Origin: Candidatus Latescibacterota bacterium
GTDB taxonomy: Bacteria > Latescibacterota > UBA2968 > UBA8231
DNA length: 64,000 nucleotides
Direction: 5' to 3'
Assembly (NCBI GenBank): GCA_965243025.1
Contig: CBDETY010000003.1
Location: forward strand, 4,672,001 to 4,736,000
The notes under the pieces were generated by a model, which was not told where the DNA came from, searched no databases, and saw only the letters and a program-made list of their open reading frames with translations. This document shows, one piece after another, positions 27,057-35,536 of this stretch (within the stretch, counting starts at the first letter, position 1; every line of letters begins with the position of its first letter). Both the position numbers and the translations under genes were made by a program.

Positions 27057-29428
27057 CCCTGGCGCTTCGCCAGATCCGCCTCCAGTTCGGATACGTCGTA
27101 CTGAACGTTCTCGGACTGTCGGTGGGGCTTGCCAGTGCGGTTCTCAGCCTGCTCTACATCCAGGACGAGCTGGCCTACGATCGTTACGAGAACGGGGACC
27201 GGATCTACAAACTTCTGCGGCGACAACAGCTCGGGGGGCAGGATCCGGTGCTGAGAGAGGGAACCTCAGGCCTGCTCGGTCCGACGCTCAAATCGGAGTT
27301 CGCCGAAGTCGAGGAATTCATTCGTGTCCTCAACTCCGGCGGGTGGTTCGATTACGAAGGGAAATCCTTGCGCGGGAGGTTGTGTTCCGCCGACCCGGCC
27401 ATCATCGATATGTTCGACTTGCGCCTGGTCGGAGGGGAGCGACCGACTCCCGCAGACGGCTCGGCGCTGGTCACGGAAAGCGCCGCACTCCGGTTTTTCG
27501 GCTCCGAAGACCCGATCGGAAAAGTCGTGACCTCCAGGAACAGCTGGACGGGAGGAACCTATTCGATTGTCGGCATTGTCGAGGACCTCCCGCCGCAGAG
27601 CTACGGCCTCGGATCCTTCGACTTTCTGACCTCGACGCCGCCCGCCAATCCCTACGAGTGGTACTGGGAAGTCTGGGTCCGGGATTACCCATCCGCACTC
27701 TCGACCTACGTGTTGCTCAAGCCCGGCGCTTCGGCCGCTTCTCTTCAGGAGAAGCTTCCCTCCCTGGCGGCCCGCCATATGGGAGCCGAGTTCGCGAGCA
27801 GGAACACCTTGCTGCTGCAGCAGTTCTCGAGAATCTACCTGTATCACAACGTCGATTTCGCACAGCCCGGATTTGCCCGCATCGAGGTCGTCTACCTGTT
27901 CGCGGCCATAGCGGGATTCGTGCTGCTGCTGGCCTGTATCAACTTCACGAACCTGGCCACGGCCAGTGCCAGCCGCCGCGCCCGGGAGATCGGTTTGCGC
28001 AAGGCCCTGGGCGCCACCCGCGGGCGCCTGACGGGTCAGTTCCTGGGCGAGTCCGTCTTCATGGCGTTGGTCGCTTCGGCAGTCGGACTCCTCCTGGCAT
28101 ACCTGGTCCTTCCGAGCTACAACGATCTCGCGAACAAGCAACTCAGCCTTTCGTCGCTGCTGAGCCCGTCGCATGCCCTCTTTCTCCTGGCGCTGACCCT
28201 CTCGACCGGTCTGTTGGCCGGATGCTACCCGGCGCTGTTTGTCTCTGCTTTCAACCCCGTCCCGGTGCTGAAGGGGGGTTCTGTCATCTCCGGCGGGGAA
28301 AAGAGACTGATGCGGGTGCTCGTGGTCAGCCAGTTCGCCATCGCCTCGGCGCTGATCTCCACCACGATCGTCGTCAGGGATCAGATCGAATATGTCAGCA
28401 ACAAGAGACTGGGGTTCGACTCGGAGCATGTGTACGTGCTCCCGGTCTACGCCCTCAGCAAGAGGATCGACAAGCCTCGAATCAGAGACTACAACGCCTG
28501 GAAGCGATTGTTTCTCGAGCATCCGGACATTCTCGCCGGAAGCGCTTCCCAGACGCTGATCGGTTGGGGCGGAATGCTGCACAGCGTCTACCCGGAGGGT
28601 TTCGAGCCCGATACGATGCAGATGTGGATCATGGGTGTCGATGAGGACTTCCTCGACGTCCACGATATTCCCCTGGTTGCCGGCCGCTTCATTTCGGAGG
28701 CGGACACCACCAATGCCTATGTCCTCAACGAGACTGCGGTGAAGTCGCTCGGCTGGGACGATCCCCTTGGCAAAGGCTTCGGCTGGCACAAGAACAGGAA
28801 CGGATTCGTCGTCGGCGTCGTAAAGGACTTTCACAGTCACTCCCTGCACGAGCCGATCTCACCGGTCGTCCTCACCAAATGGACCAGCTCAAACAACAAC
28901 CTGAGCCTGAAAATCAGCGGCGAGAGCATTCCCGAAACCCTGGATTTCATGAAGGAAGTCTGGCTCGGGATCCACCCGGACAAGCCTTTTGACGGGTGGT
29001 TTCTCGACGACACGATCGACGGCCTGTACGCGAATGAGGCCGCCCTTGCCAGGACGGCGCGGATGTCGGCGGCACTCGCCGTGTTCGTGGCCTGTCTCGG
29101 CCTTTTCGGCCTGTCGTCATTTGCGGCACAGAAACGTCTCCGTGAGATCGCCATTCGCAAGGTCCTGGGGGCGTCCTCGACGGTCCTCGTTTACCTCGTT
29201 TCCAGGGAGTTTCTTCTGCTGGTCCTGATCGCCAACATCGTCGCGTTGCCGGTGGTCCACGTGCTGATGACGGAATGGCTGGACAATTTTGCCTACCACG
29301 CCGATCTGGCAGTCCGCCCGTTTGCGACAAGCTGCTTGCTGTCTGTCGGCATCGCTGTCGCCACTGTGAGTTATCACGCAGCAAGGGGTGCCTGGTTGAA
29401 TCCTGCCGAGACATTGCGGGACGAGTAA
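27038..29428 (+). CDS. ABC transporter permease, duplicated MacB/FtsX type
   Basis: LNVLGLSVG, LLACINFTNL...RAREIGLRKALGA, QFLGES, ACLGLFGL, REIAIRKVLGA, ending NPAETLRDE; TTG start. Confidence 0.92.
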   Translation: MLRHHLTLALRQIRLQFGYVVLNVLGLSVGLASAVLSLLYIQDELAYDRYENGDRIYKLLRRQQLGGQDPVLREGTSGLLGPTLKSEFAEVEEFIRVLNSGGWFDYEGKSLRGRLCSADPAIIDMFDLRLVGGERPTPADGSALVTESAALRFFGSEDPIGKVVTSRNSWTGGTYSIVGIVEDLPPQSYGLGSFDFLTSTPPANPYEWYWEVWVRDYPSALSTYVLLKPGASAASLQEKLPSLAARHMGAEFASRNTLLLQQFSRIYLYHNVDFAQPGFARIEVVYLFAAIAGFVLLLACINFTNLATASASRRAREIGLRKALGATRGRLTGQFLGESVFMALVASAVGLLLAYLVLPSYNDLANKQLSLSSLLSPSHALFLLALTLSTGLLAGCYPALFVSAFNPVPVLKGGSVISGGEKRLMRVLVVSQFAIASALISTTIVVRDQIEYVSNKRLGFDSEHVYVLPVYALSKRIDKPRIRDYNAWKRLFLEHPDILAGSASQTLIGWGGMLHSVYPEGFEPDTMQMWIMGVDEDFLDVHDIPLVAGRFISEADTTNAYVLNETAVKSLGWDDPLGKGFGWHKNRNGFVVGVVKDFHSHSLHEPISPVVLTKWTSSNNNLSLKISGESIPETLDFMKEVWLGIHPDKPFDGWFLDDTIDGLYANEAALARTARMSAALAVFVACLGLFGLSSFAAQKRLREIAIRKVLGASSTVLVYLVSREFLLLVLIANIVALPVVHVLMTEWLDNFAYHADLAVRPFATSCLLSVGIAVATVSYHAARGAWLNPAETLRDE

Positions 29429-29687
29429 CGCCATGGCACGTGTGCCTGCGGCCGCCTGCCCTGATGCACGGCGTGACCCGGGAACCTTCGAGCAGCTTCG
29501 GCAAGGCGATCCGCAGTTTCGGGGCCGCTGTACGCAAGGACCTGGTTTCGATTCATACGAAACGAAGGGTTTCTCAACCCTCGACCGGTCGGTGTGAATT
29601 CGGCGAACCTGTCTCGATACCCCCGCAGCGGTTTCCCCCCCGGGCGGGGAAATCCCCCGGCTGCTCTCGAATGAAAGGACGGCCTCC

Positions 29688-31955
29688 ATGATACCCCCGC
29701 AGCTTCCATCGGCCGTAGTCGCTTCCGCCCTGGCCGGGTCCGCGGCGCTCGCCGAAGAACCCGCCGTCTACTGGCTCTCCGCCCCGGTTCAGCCCGGGGA
29801 GACCGCCATGGTGTGCGGCTTTTTCCCCCAGCACGAGGCCATGGAAGTTGCCCTGGAGCGGCTTCCGGACGGAAACCCCGGCGAGCCTTCCGGACGGCCC
29901 TGGAAGCCCTCCGGAGACCGCGTCCCCCCCGAAGCGGTGAAGCCCCTGCAGGCGAGCGAGACCGCCCTGATGTTCGAGCTGCCCGGCAGCGGGCCTGGCG
30001 TGTACGGCTACGCCCTGCATTCCCGCGCCGGGGCCGCCAGCTCCGGGCGCCTCAACCTGCCGGCGCCCTGGTGGACGCTCGGCGACGCCGTCACCGACCG
30101 CACCCCGTTCGGCGAGTGGCGCCTCGAGGACGGCGTCGTCCATGCCGGGGGCGGCCTGCGGATCATCGGGCGCTGCCTGAAGCTGGGCGAGAAGGAGCCG
30201 GCCGTGGCCCTGCGCTCGGGGGACGGGCGCGTGACCCTGCTGGACCCGGTGAAAGCCGAGCCCTTCTGCCTCGCGGTGACGGTGCCGGAAGAGCTGACCC
30301 CGGGCCGCTACGAGCTGTTCGTGCACAACGGCTACGGCGGCGAGCAGGCCTGGAGCGAAGCGCTCGACCTCGCGGTCCTTCCCCGGCAGGAAGAGAAGGA
30401 ACAACCCCTGCTGAACGCCGCCCATTTCGGGGCGGACGGAGACGACGGAGAGGACGACACCGAGGCGATCAAGGCGGCGCTGAAGGAGGCGGGCGAGCGC
30501 GGCGGAGGAGTCGTGCTGGTGCCTCGGGGCCGCTTCGTCGTCAGCGAGAAGCTGGTGATCCCGCCGCACGTCACCCTGCGCGGGGCCGGGCGCGAGCTGA
30601 CCGCCCTCTGCATGGCCGACACCGACGATCCGCCCGACGCCTGGGTCGAGGGCTCCCACCACTTCGCCATCGAGGACCTCACCCTCTACTGCAACCACCA
30701 CTTCCACGTCATCTCCAACAACACCGCCGCGGCGGTCCACACCCCGGCGGCTCCCATCGAGGACCCGGAGACCGCCGGCCACGTGCGCCTGACCCGGGTG
30801 CGCGTGCGCGCCGACTCGTTCCGGGGCCACCTGCCGCCGGACAAGCAGGAGGAGCGCGGCCGCACCCCCGGGCCGCGCGACACCATCCGCCTGAGCGGCC
30901 CCGACATCCGCATTACCGACTGCGACGTGTACGGCTCGGAGCGCTCCATCTACCTCCACTACGCGGTCGGGGCCCTGGTGGCCGGCAACACCTTCTACAA
31001 CGGGCGCTCCGGCTGGATGAACTTCAACGGCTGCGAGAACGTCGTCTTCGAGCGCAACCGCATCGCCGGCGCCGACCTGATGGCCACCGGGGGCGGCTAC
31101 GCCTGCTTCACCCGGGGGGTATCCCGCAACATCTACACCGCCCACAACAGCTACGAGAACATGAACGGCTGGGACCGGGAGGCGTTCACCTCCGACGCCG
31201 GCGGCGGCGCCTACTTCGGCCCCGTGGCAGCGGTCGAGGGGGACTGGATCCTGCTCGCCGGCGACCCGAAGTGGCAGCACCGGCACTGGACCGGCACCCT
31301 CGTCGCCGTCATCGCCGGCCGCGGTCGCGGCCAGTACCGCTCGGTGAAGTCCTGGGACGGCAGGCGTGTGCAGCTCGACCGGCCGTTCGACGTTGCGCTC
31401 GACGAGACCTCGCGGGTCACAGTCACCATGACGCACCGGCGCTACATCTTCTACGACAACGAGACCCGCGACGCCGGCATCGCCATCCAGTTCTACGGCA
31501 CCGCCACCGAGCACATCGTCGCCGACAACCGCAGCTGGCGGAGCGACGGTTTCCGCGCCTACGGGTTCTCCTACACGGGAGGAGTCCAGCCCAACCTCTA
31601 CCTCCAGTTCCTCGGCAACGAGATCCGCGAGGGCAACTGCTACCGCTTCGAGGATCCCCTGGTCTATCCTGCCCGCCTCAGCGTCGAGGGAACCCTGCCG
31701 AGCCTCCACTTCGGCTCCGTCCTGCGCAACAACCGCCTCCACAACAACGCCCGCCTCGAGGTGGTGGTCGGCGCCAACAGCGACGGGGCTACGGAGAACG
31801 TGGTGGTCGAGGGGAACCGGGTGGAGAACTCCGATATCGGGATACTGGTGGACGCGGGATGCCGGAACGTGCTGCTGCGGGGGAACCGGATGGAAGGCTG
31901 CCTCGTGCCGCTGCAGGACGACCGTGCGCAGCAGCCGGGGCGTTCGAGGCAATGA
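29688..31955 (+). CDS. Secreted right-handed parallel beta-helix protein (pectate-lyase-3/GH28/GH55-like), putative glycan-degrading enzyme
   Basis: Signal peptide; FGADGDDGEDDTEAIKAAL..AGERGGGVVLVPRGRF...VTLRGAG motif; Asn-rich beta-helix repeats. Confidence 0.75.
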   Translation: MIPPQLPSAVVASALAGSAALAEEPAVYWLSAPVQPGETAMVCGFFPQHEAMEVALERLPDGNPGEPSGRPWKPSGDRVPPEAVKPLQASETALMFELPGSGPGVYGYALHSRAGAASSGRLNLPAPWWTLGDAVTDRTPFGEWRLEDGVVHAGGGLRIIGRCLKLGEKEPAVALRSGDGRVTLLDPVKAEPFCLAVTVPEELTPGRYELFVHNGYGGEQAWSEALDLAVLPRQEEKEQPLLNAAHFGADGDDGEDDTEAIKAALKEAGERGGGVVLVPRGRFVVSEKLVIPPHVTLRGAGRELTALCMADTDDPPDAWVEGSHHFAIEDLTLYCNHHFHVISNNTAAAVHTPAAPIEDPETAGHVRLTRVRVRADSFRGHLPPDKQEERGRTPGPRDTIRLSGPDIRITDCDVYGSERSIYLHYAVGALVAGNTFYNGRSGWMNFNGCENVVFERNRIAGADLMATGGGYACFTRGVSRNIYTAHNSYENMNGWDREAFTSDAGGGAYFGPVAAVEGDWILLAGDPKWQHRHWTGTLVAVIAGRGRGQYRSVKSWDGRRVQLDRPFDVALDETSRVTVTMTHRRYIFYDNETRDAGIAIQFYGTATEHIVADNRSWRSDGFRAYGFSYTGGVQPNLYLQFLGNEIREGNCYRFEDPLVYPARLSVEGTLPSLHFGSVLRNNRLHNNARLEVVVGANSDGATENVVVEGNRVENSDIGILVDAGCRNVLLRGNRMEGCLVPLQDDRAQQPGRSRQ

Positions 31956-32034
31956 GACCCCACCCCGGACTTCTGCAGCCGCCCCGGTTTATCGTTCCGG
32001 TCTTCTGAAGGCCCTGTAGCCCTGCCGCCCGGAC

Positions 32035-33177
32035 TCATCCCCCTCCCGGGCTCCGCCGCAGGAAATCCACCGCGCGCGGTATGGCATCTCTCAACGCGAA
32101 GATGTGGTGACCGCCTCCCTCGTAGATGAACGCCTCGAATTCGGGGGGTTCACGCTCCAGCGCTTCCATGGCCCGGATCAGGGAACGGGCCTGGCTTACG
32201 GAGACGGTTTCGTCCCTGTCGCCGTGGTGGAGCTGAACTGCGGGCAGGTCCCCGGCGAACAGGACCGGGGAGCGGCGCACCAGCTCGAGGCGGACTTCCG
32301 CGAGGCCGATTTCACCTCTCATGTAGGGCTGGATGAAGGTCGAATCGATGTGGGCGACCCCGGTCAGGTCGCGCGGAAAGCCCATGGCCGCTTCCCGCGC
32401 AATCTCCCGGACCCAGTCGTCGAAGAAGTCGGTGGGTCCGAAGAAGGCCACGATTTTCTCGATGCGCTCGTCGCGGATCCCGGCCAGCATGGCGACCCCT
32501 GCTCCCCGGCTGCCGCCGACGATGCTCAGGCCTTCGATACTCGCCTGCGGCGTCAACTCCAATGCGACGTTGAGGAGCGCCAGGGCGTCGTCCACGTCGT
32601 AGTCCCAGTGACCGCCGGGCCCCGTCGAAACCCACTCCCGGTCCTCGTACTCCAGCGGTTCGCTGCGAAAGGACGGGACCACGTAGACGAAACTGCCGCG
32701 CCGTTCGCCCAGGGCGAAAACCACGAGGTCGATGTCATCCACCTCGACGCCGCCGTCGCCCCCGTGCAGGTACATCAGGATGGGCAAGCTGCCAGCAGCC
32801 GCGGAGTCGGGGGCGAGGATCGCTCCGTAGTGGAGTACCTCCCCCACCCTGTGGGATACGACGCGCAGGGTCGCGGGGATCCCGTCCAGCGGATACGACC
32901 CGGTGTGTTCGACGGCCGCCCCGGCCGCCGAAATGTCGCGCCGGGCCCAGTCGGCGCGGACGGCCTCCACCTCGGCGGGGGTCGCAGGCGCGAAGAGGTC
33001 GTCGAGCCTGGTCTCCAGGATCGGATCGGCAACGGGCTCCCCCGGATCGACGGACTGATCGCATCCCCCCAGCAGCCCAGGCAGGAGCACCGCCAGCAGT
33101 CGAAGGCGACGCCGCGAGCCGGGATGGGTCGGCCCCCCGGCCAGCGCATGAGCCCTGTGGCCTCGCCTGGGAACCAT
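32035..33177 (-). CDS. Alpha/beta-hydrolase lipoprotein (prolyl oligopeptidase/esterase-like)
   Basis: Lipobox LLGGC; YLHGG, nucleophile GGSRG, HHGDRDETV, YEGGGH. ATG at 33177 chosen as start. Confidence 0.82.
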   Translation of the reverse strand: MVPRRGHRAHALAGGPTHPGSRRRLRLLAVLLPGLLGGCDQSVDPGEPVADPILETRLDDLFAPATPAEVEAVRADWARRDISAAGAAVEHTGSYPLDGIPATLRVVSHRVGEVLHYGAILAPDSAAAGSLPILMYLHGGDGGVEVDDIDLVVFALGERRGSFVYVVPSFRSEPLEYEDREWVSTGPGGHWDYDVDDALALLNVALELTPQASIEGLSIVGGSRGAGVAMLAGIRDERIEKIVAFFGPTDFFDDWVREIAREAAMGFPRDLTGVAHIDSTFIQPYMRGEIGLAEVRLELVRRSPVLFAGDLPAVQLHHGDRDETVSVSQARSLIRAMEALEREPPEFEAFIYEGGGHHIFALRDAIPRAVDFLRRSPGGG

Positions 33178-33218
33178 CGCCCCGACCGGTCCGTCCCCGG
33201 CCCCCCGGTCCCGCCGGT

Positions 33219-33285
33219 TCAGTCGTAGTACTCGTGGCCGAGGTGGGTGATCAGGTCCTCGCCCTGCAGGTAGCGCAGCGTGTTC
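33219..33285 (-). repeat. 67-bp perfect direct repeat: orphan copy of the ino1 3' end (NTLRYLQGEDLITHLGHEYYD-stop)
   Basis: Identical base for base to 34107..34173. Confidence 0.97.
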
Positions 33286-33345
33286 GGCGAGTGAGGGCAC
33301 GCGGAATTGCGCCTCCCTGTGCAGACGCGGACAGGCGCCCCGGCA

Positions 33346-33597
33346 CTATCCCTCCGGTTCGTCTTCCGGCAGCGGGGGCTCGTCGGGGGCGGCGTCCAGG
33401 AACGGGAGCATGTCCCCGGGCTCGGCATCTCCAGCGCGCTGCTGGAGGAACTCGGAGGCGGTCTCGACAGCTCCGATCTTCTGCGCTACAGCCGCGGAGA
33501 TCCACTGGTTGAGGGAGACGCCGTCCTTTTTGGCAAGCCGCTGGGCCGCGGATTTCACCGAGGCGGGCAGTTTGAGCGGGTATGCGGATTTGCTCAT
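33346..33597 (-). CDS. Ribbon-helix-helix (HicB-like) antitoxin
   Basis: MSKSAYPLKLPASVKSAAQRLAKKDGVSLNQWISAAVAQK with an acidic tail; ATGA overlap with the toxin stop codon. Confidence 0.85.
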   Translation of the reverse strand: MSKSAYPLKLPASVKSAAQRLAKKDGVSLNQWISAAVAQKIGAVETASEFLQQRAGDAEPGDMLPFLDAAPDEPPLPEDEPEG

Positions 33598-34019
33598 CCT
33601 TCGACCTCCTCCAGCAACCGGCCCGGGGTGAGGGTTCGCAAACCGAAGCGCCGGGCGGCAGGGGCAAGGTGCCTGAGGTTGTGGGTTACCAGTGCGTCCG
33701 CCTGTCCGTTGATTGCGGCTTCGAGAACCATCTCGTCGCCCGGATCCTTCAACTGCGGCCGCCAACGAAACCGCGCCTCCACTGGCTGACAGGAACTGGC
33801 GAAGGCGCTGAGAAACCTGCGGATCCCGCCCGGATCGAGCCCGTGAGCCAGCCGCTGCTCCGGCCTGCTCAGAACCTCCTCGTACTCGAGAAACAGAGCG
33901 ACGGTCACCAGCGGAATCAACTGCTGCCTGGCGACAAGGCGAAGCACCTCGTTGCTTGCCCCGGTCCTGCTCCTCAGGGCGGCTACGACCACCGAGGTGT
34001 CCAGCACGACGCGGAGCAT
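33594..34019 (-). CDS. PIN-domain (VapC-like) toxin
   Basis: RVVLDTSVVVAA, LEYEEVL, DPGDEMVLEAA....AD.LVTHN. Confidence 0.9.
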   Translation of the reverse strand: MLRVVLDTSVVVAALRSRTGASNEVLRLVARQQLIPLVTVALFLEYEEVLSRPEQRLAHGLDPGGIRRFLSAFASSCQPVEARFRWRPQLKDPGDEMVLEAAINGQADALVTHNLRHLAPAARRFGLRTLTPGRLLEEVEG

Positions 34020-34026
34020 GTCTTAT

Positions 34027-34054
34027 AGGATATCACATCTCATAGGATGTGCAA
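34027..34054 (-). promoter_or_regulatory. TA operon promoter with overlapping operator
   Basis: Minus strand TTGCAC-N16-TATCCT ends 7 nt before the toxin ATG. CACATC-N6-GATGTG inverted repeat at 34034..34051 and tandem TCTYATAGGAT repeats overlap it. Confidence 0.65.
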
Positions 34055-34106
34055 CCCGGGAGGTGTCTTCCCCGTTCCTTCCTGACCGGCAGCACCTCGG
34101 TTCCCG

Positions 34107-35420
34107 TCAGTCGTAGTACTCGTGGCCGAGGTGGGTGATCAGGTCCTCGCCCTGCAGGTAGCGCAGCGTGTTCTTCAGCTTCATCAGCTGAATGAACAGA
34201 TCGTGCTCCGGGTACAGCCCCGGGGCCGTCTGCGGGCTCTTGAAATAGAACGACAGCCACTCCTGGACGCCGTGCATCCCGGCGCGCTGGGCGAGGTCGG
34301 CGAAGAGCACGAGATCGAGCACCAGCGGCGCCGCCAGGATGCTGTCGCGGCAGAGCAGGTCGACCTTGATCTGCATCGGGTACCCGAGCCAGCCGAAGAT
34401 GTCGATGTTGTCCCAGCCCTCCTTCTCGTCGCCGCGCGGCGGGTAGTAGTTGATGCGCACCTTGTGGTACAGCTCGCCGTAGAGCGACGGGTACAGGTGC
34501 GGCTGCAGGATGTAGTCGAGGACCCCGAGCTTCGACTCCTCCTTGGTCTTGAAGGAGTCCGGGTCGTCGAGCACCTCGCCGTCCCGGTTGCCGAGGATGT
34601 TGGTGGAGAACCAGCCGCGCACCCCCAGCATCCGCGCCTTGAGGCCGGGGGCCAGCAGCGTCTTCATCAGGGTCTGTCCGGTCTTGAAGTCCTTGCCGGC
34701 GACCGGCACCCGGTTGGCCTTCGCCAGCTCGACCATCGCCGGGATGTCGACGGTGAGGTTGGGCGCTCCGTTGAGGTAGGGCACCCCCTCGCTGAGCGCC
34801 GCGTACGCGTAGATCATGCTCGGGGCGATCGACGGGTCGTTCTCGCGCAGCCCCTTCTCGAACGCCTCGACGCTGGCGTGCGCCCTGCCCCCTTCGAGGA
34901 AGACCTCGGTGCTGCCGCACCAGATCATCACCGCCCGTTCGAGGCCGTTGGCGCTCTTGAAGCGCTGGATGTCCTCGCGCGTCTGCTGGGCCATGTCCCA
35001 CTTGTTCTTCCCCTGCTTCACGTGCGAGCCCTCGAGCCGCTTGACGTAATCGCGGTCGAAAACCGCCTTCATCGGGGTGACCGCCGCCAGCGGATCCTTC
35101 AGCTGGTCGAGTGTCTTCTGCTCGATCACCCCGGCGTGGGTCGCCGCCTCCCAGGCGTCGTCGGGGAAGACGTCCCAGCCGCCGAATACGAGATCCTCCA
35201 GGGCGGCCAGGGGTACGAACTCCCTGATGAGAGGGGAGCGGTCCTCGGTGCGCCTGCCGAGGCGGATGGCGCCCATCTGGGACAGCGATCCGACCGGTTC
35301 GCCGAGGCCGGCCTTGATCGCCTCGACCCCGGCTATGAAGGTGGTGGCGACGGCCCCCATTCCCGGGATGAGCACGCCGAGTTTCCCGTCCGGGGGAGCG
35401 ATGGTTTCCGGTTTGTTCAT
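34107..35420 (-). CDS. ino1: myo-Inositol-1-phosphate (inositol-3-phosphate) synthase
   Basis: GMGAVATT, VFGGWD, STE, NGAPN, GKDFKTGQT.MK, STNILGNRDG, YYPPRGDEKEGWD, CRDSILAAPLVLDL. Confidence 0.95.
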   Translation of the reverse strand: MNKPETIAPPDGKLGVLIPGMGAVATTFIAGVEAIKAGLGEPVGSLSQMGAIRLGRRTEDRSPLIREFVPLAALEDLVFGGWDVFPDDAWEAATHAGVIEQKTLDQLKDPLAAVTPMKAVFDRDYVKRLEGSHVKQGKNKWDMAQQTREDIQRFKSANGLERAVMIWCGSTEVFLEGGRAHASVEAFEKGLRENDPSIAPSMIYAYAALSEGVPYLNGAPNLTVDIPAMVELAKANRVPVAGKDFKTGQTLMKTLLAPGLKARMLGVRGWFSTNILGNRDGEVLDDPDSFKTKEESKLGVLDYILQPHLYPSLYGELYHKVRINYYPPRGDEKEGWDNIDIFGWLGYPMQIKVDLLCRDSILAAPLVLDLVLFADLAQRAGMHGVQEWLSFYFKSPQTAPGLYPEHDLFIQLMKLKNTLRYLQGEDLITHLGHEYYD

Positions 35421-35482
35421 TCGTTCGATTCCTCCTGGGTTCGTTGGCGGTTCGAAGCTACGGAACGGCTGCCATAAGACAA

Positions 35483-35519
35483 ATCGATAATGACTATATT
35501 ATCGATAGATATTCTCTAT
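35483..35519. promoter_or_regulatory. LysR-type operator region between the divergent ino1 and LysR genes
   Basis: ATAG-N7-CTAT (T-N11-A box) at 35505..35519 and ATCGATAAT-N6-ATTATCGAT palindrome at 35483..35506, within an AT-rich patch. Confidence 0.75.
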
Positions 35520-35536
35520 AATTATCCGGCACCATC

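Larger units (their letters stand above)
33219..34173. mobile_element. Integrase-free genomic islet carrying a toxin-antitoxin pair, bounded by 67-bp att-like repeats at the ino1 3' end
   Basis: Direct repeats 888 bp apart enclose only the TA genes and their promoter. Confidence 0.7.

Noticed and set aside
29574-32008. 792-aa minus ORF and 731-aa alternative-frame ORF; likewise 39687..42284 (865 aa) and 54832..56673
   Set aside because: They fully overlap well-supported genes and reflect stop-codon scarcity at high GC3; no family motifs.
33219-33428. 69-aa ORF ending in NTLRYLQGEDLITHLGHEYYD as a real small protein
   Set aside because: It is explained by the duplicated ino1 tail, overlaps the antitoxin out of frame and has no RBS.
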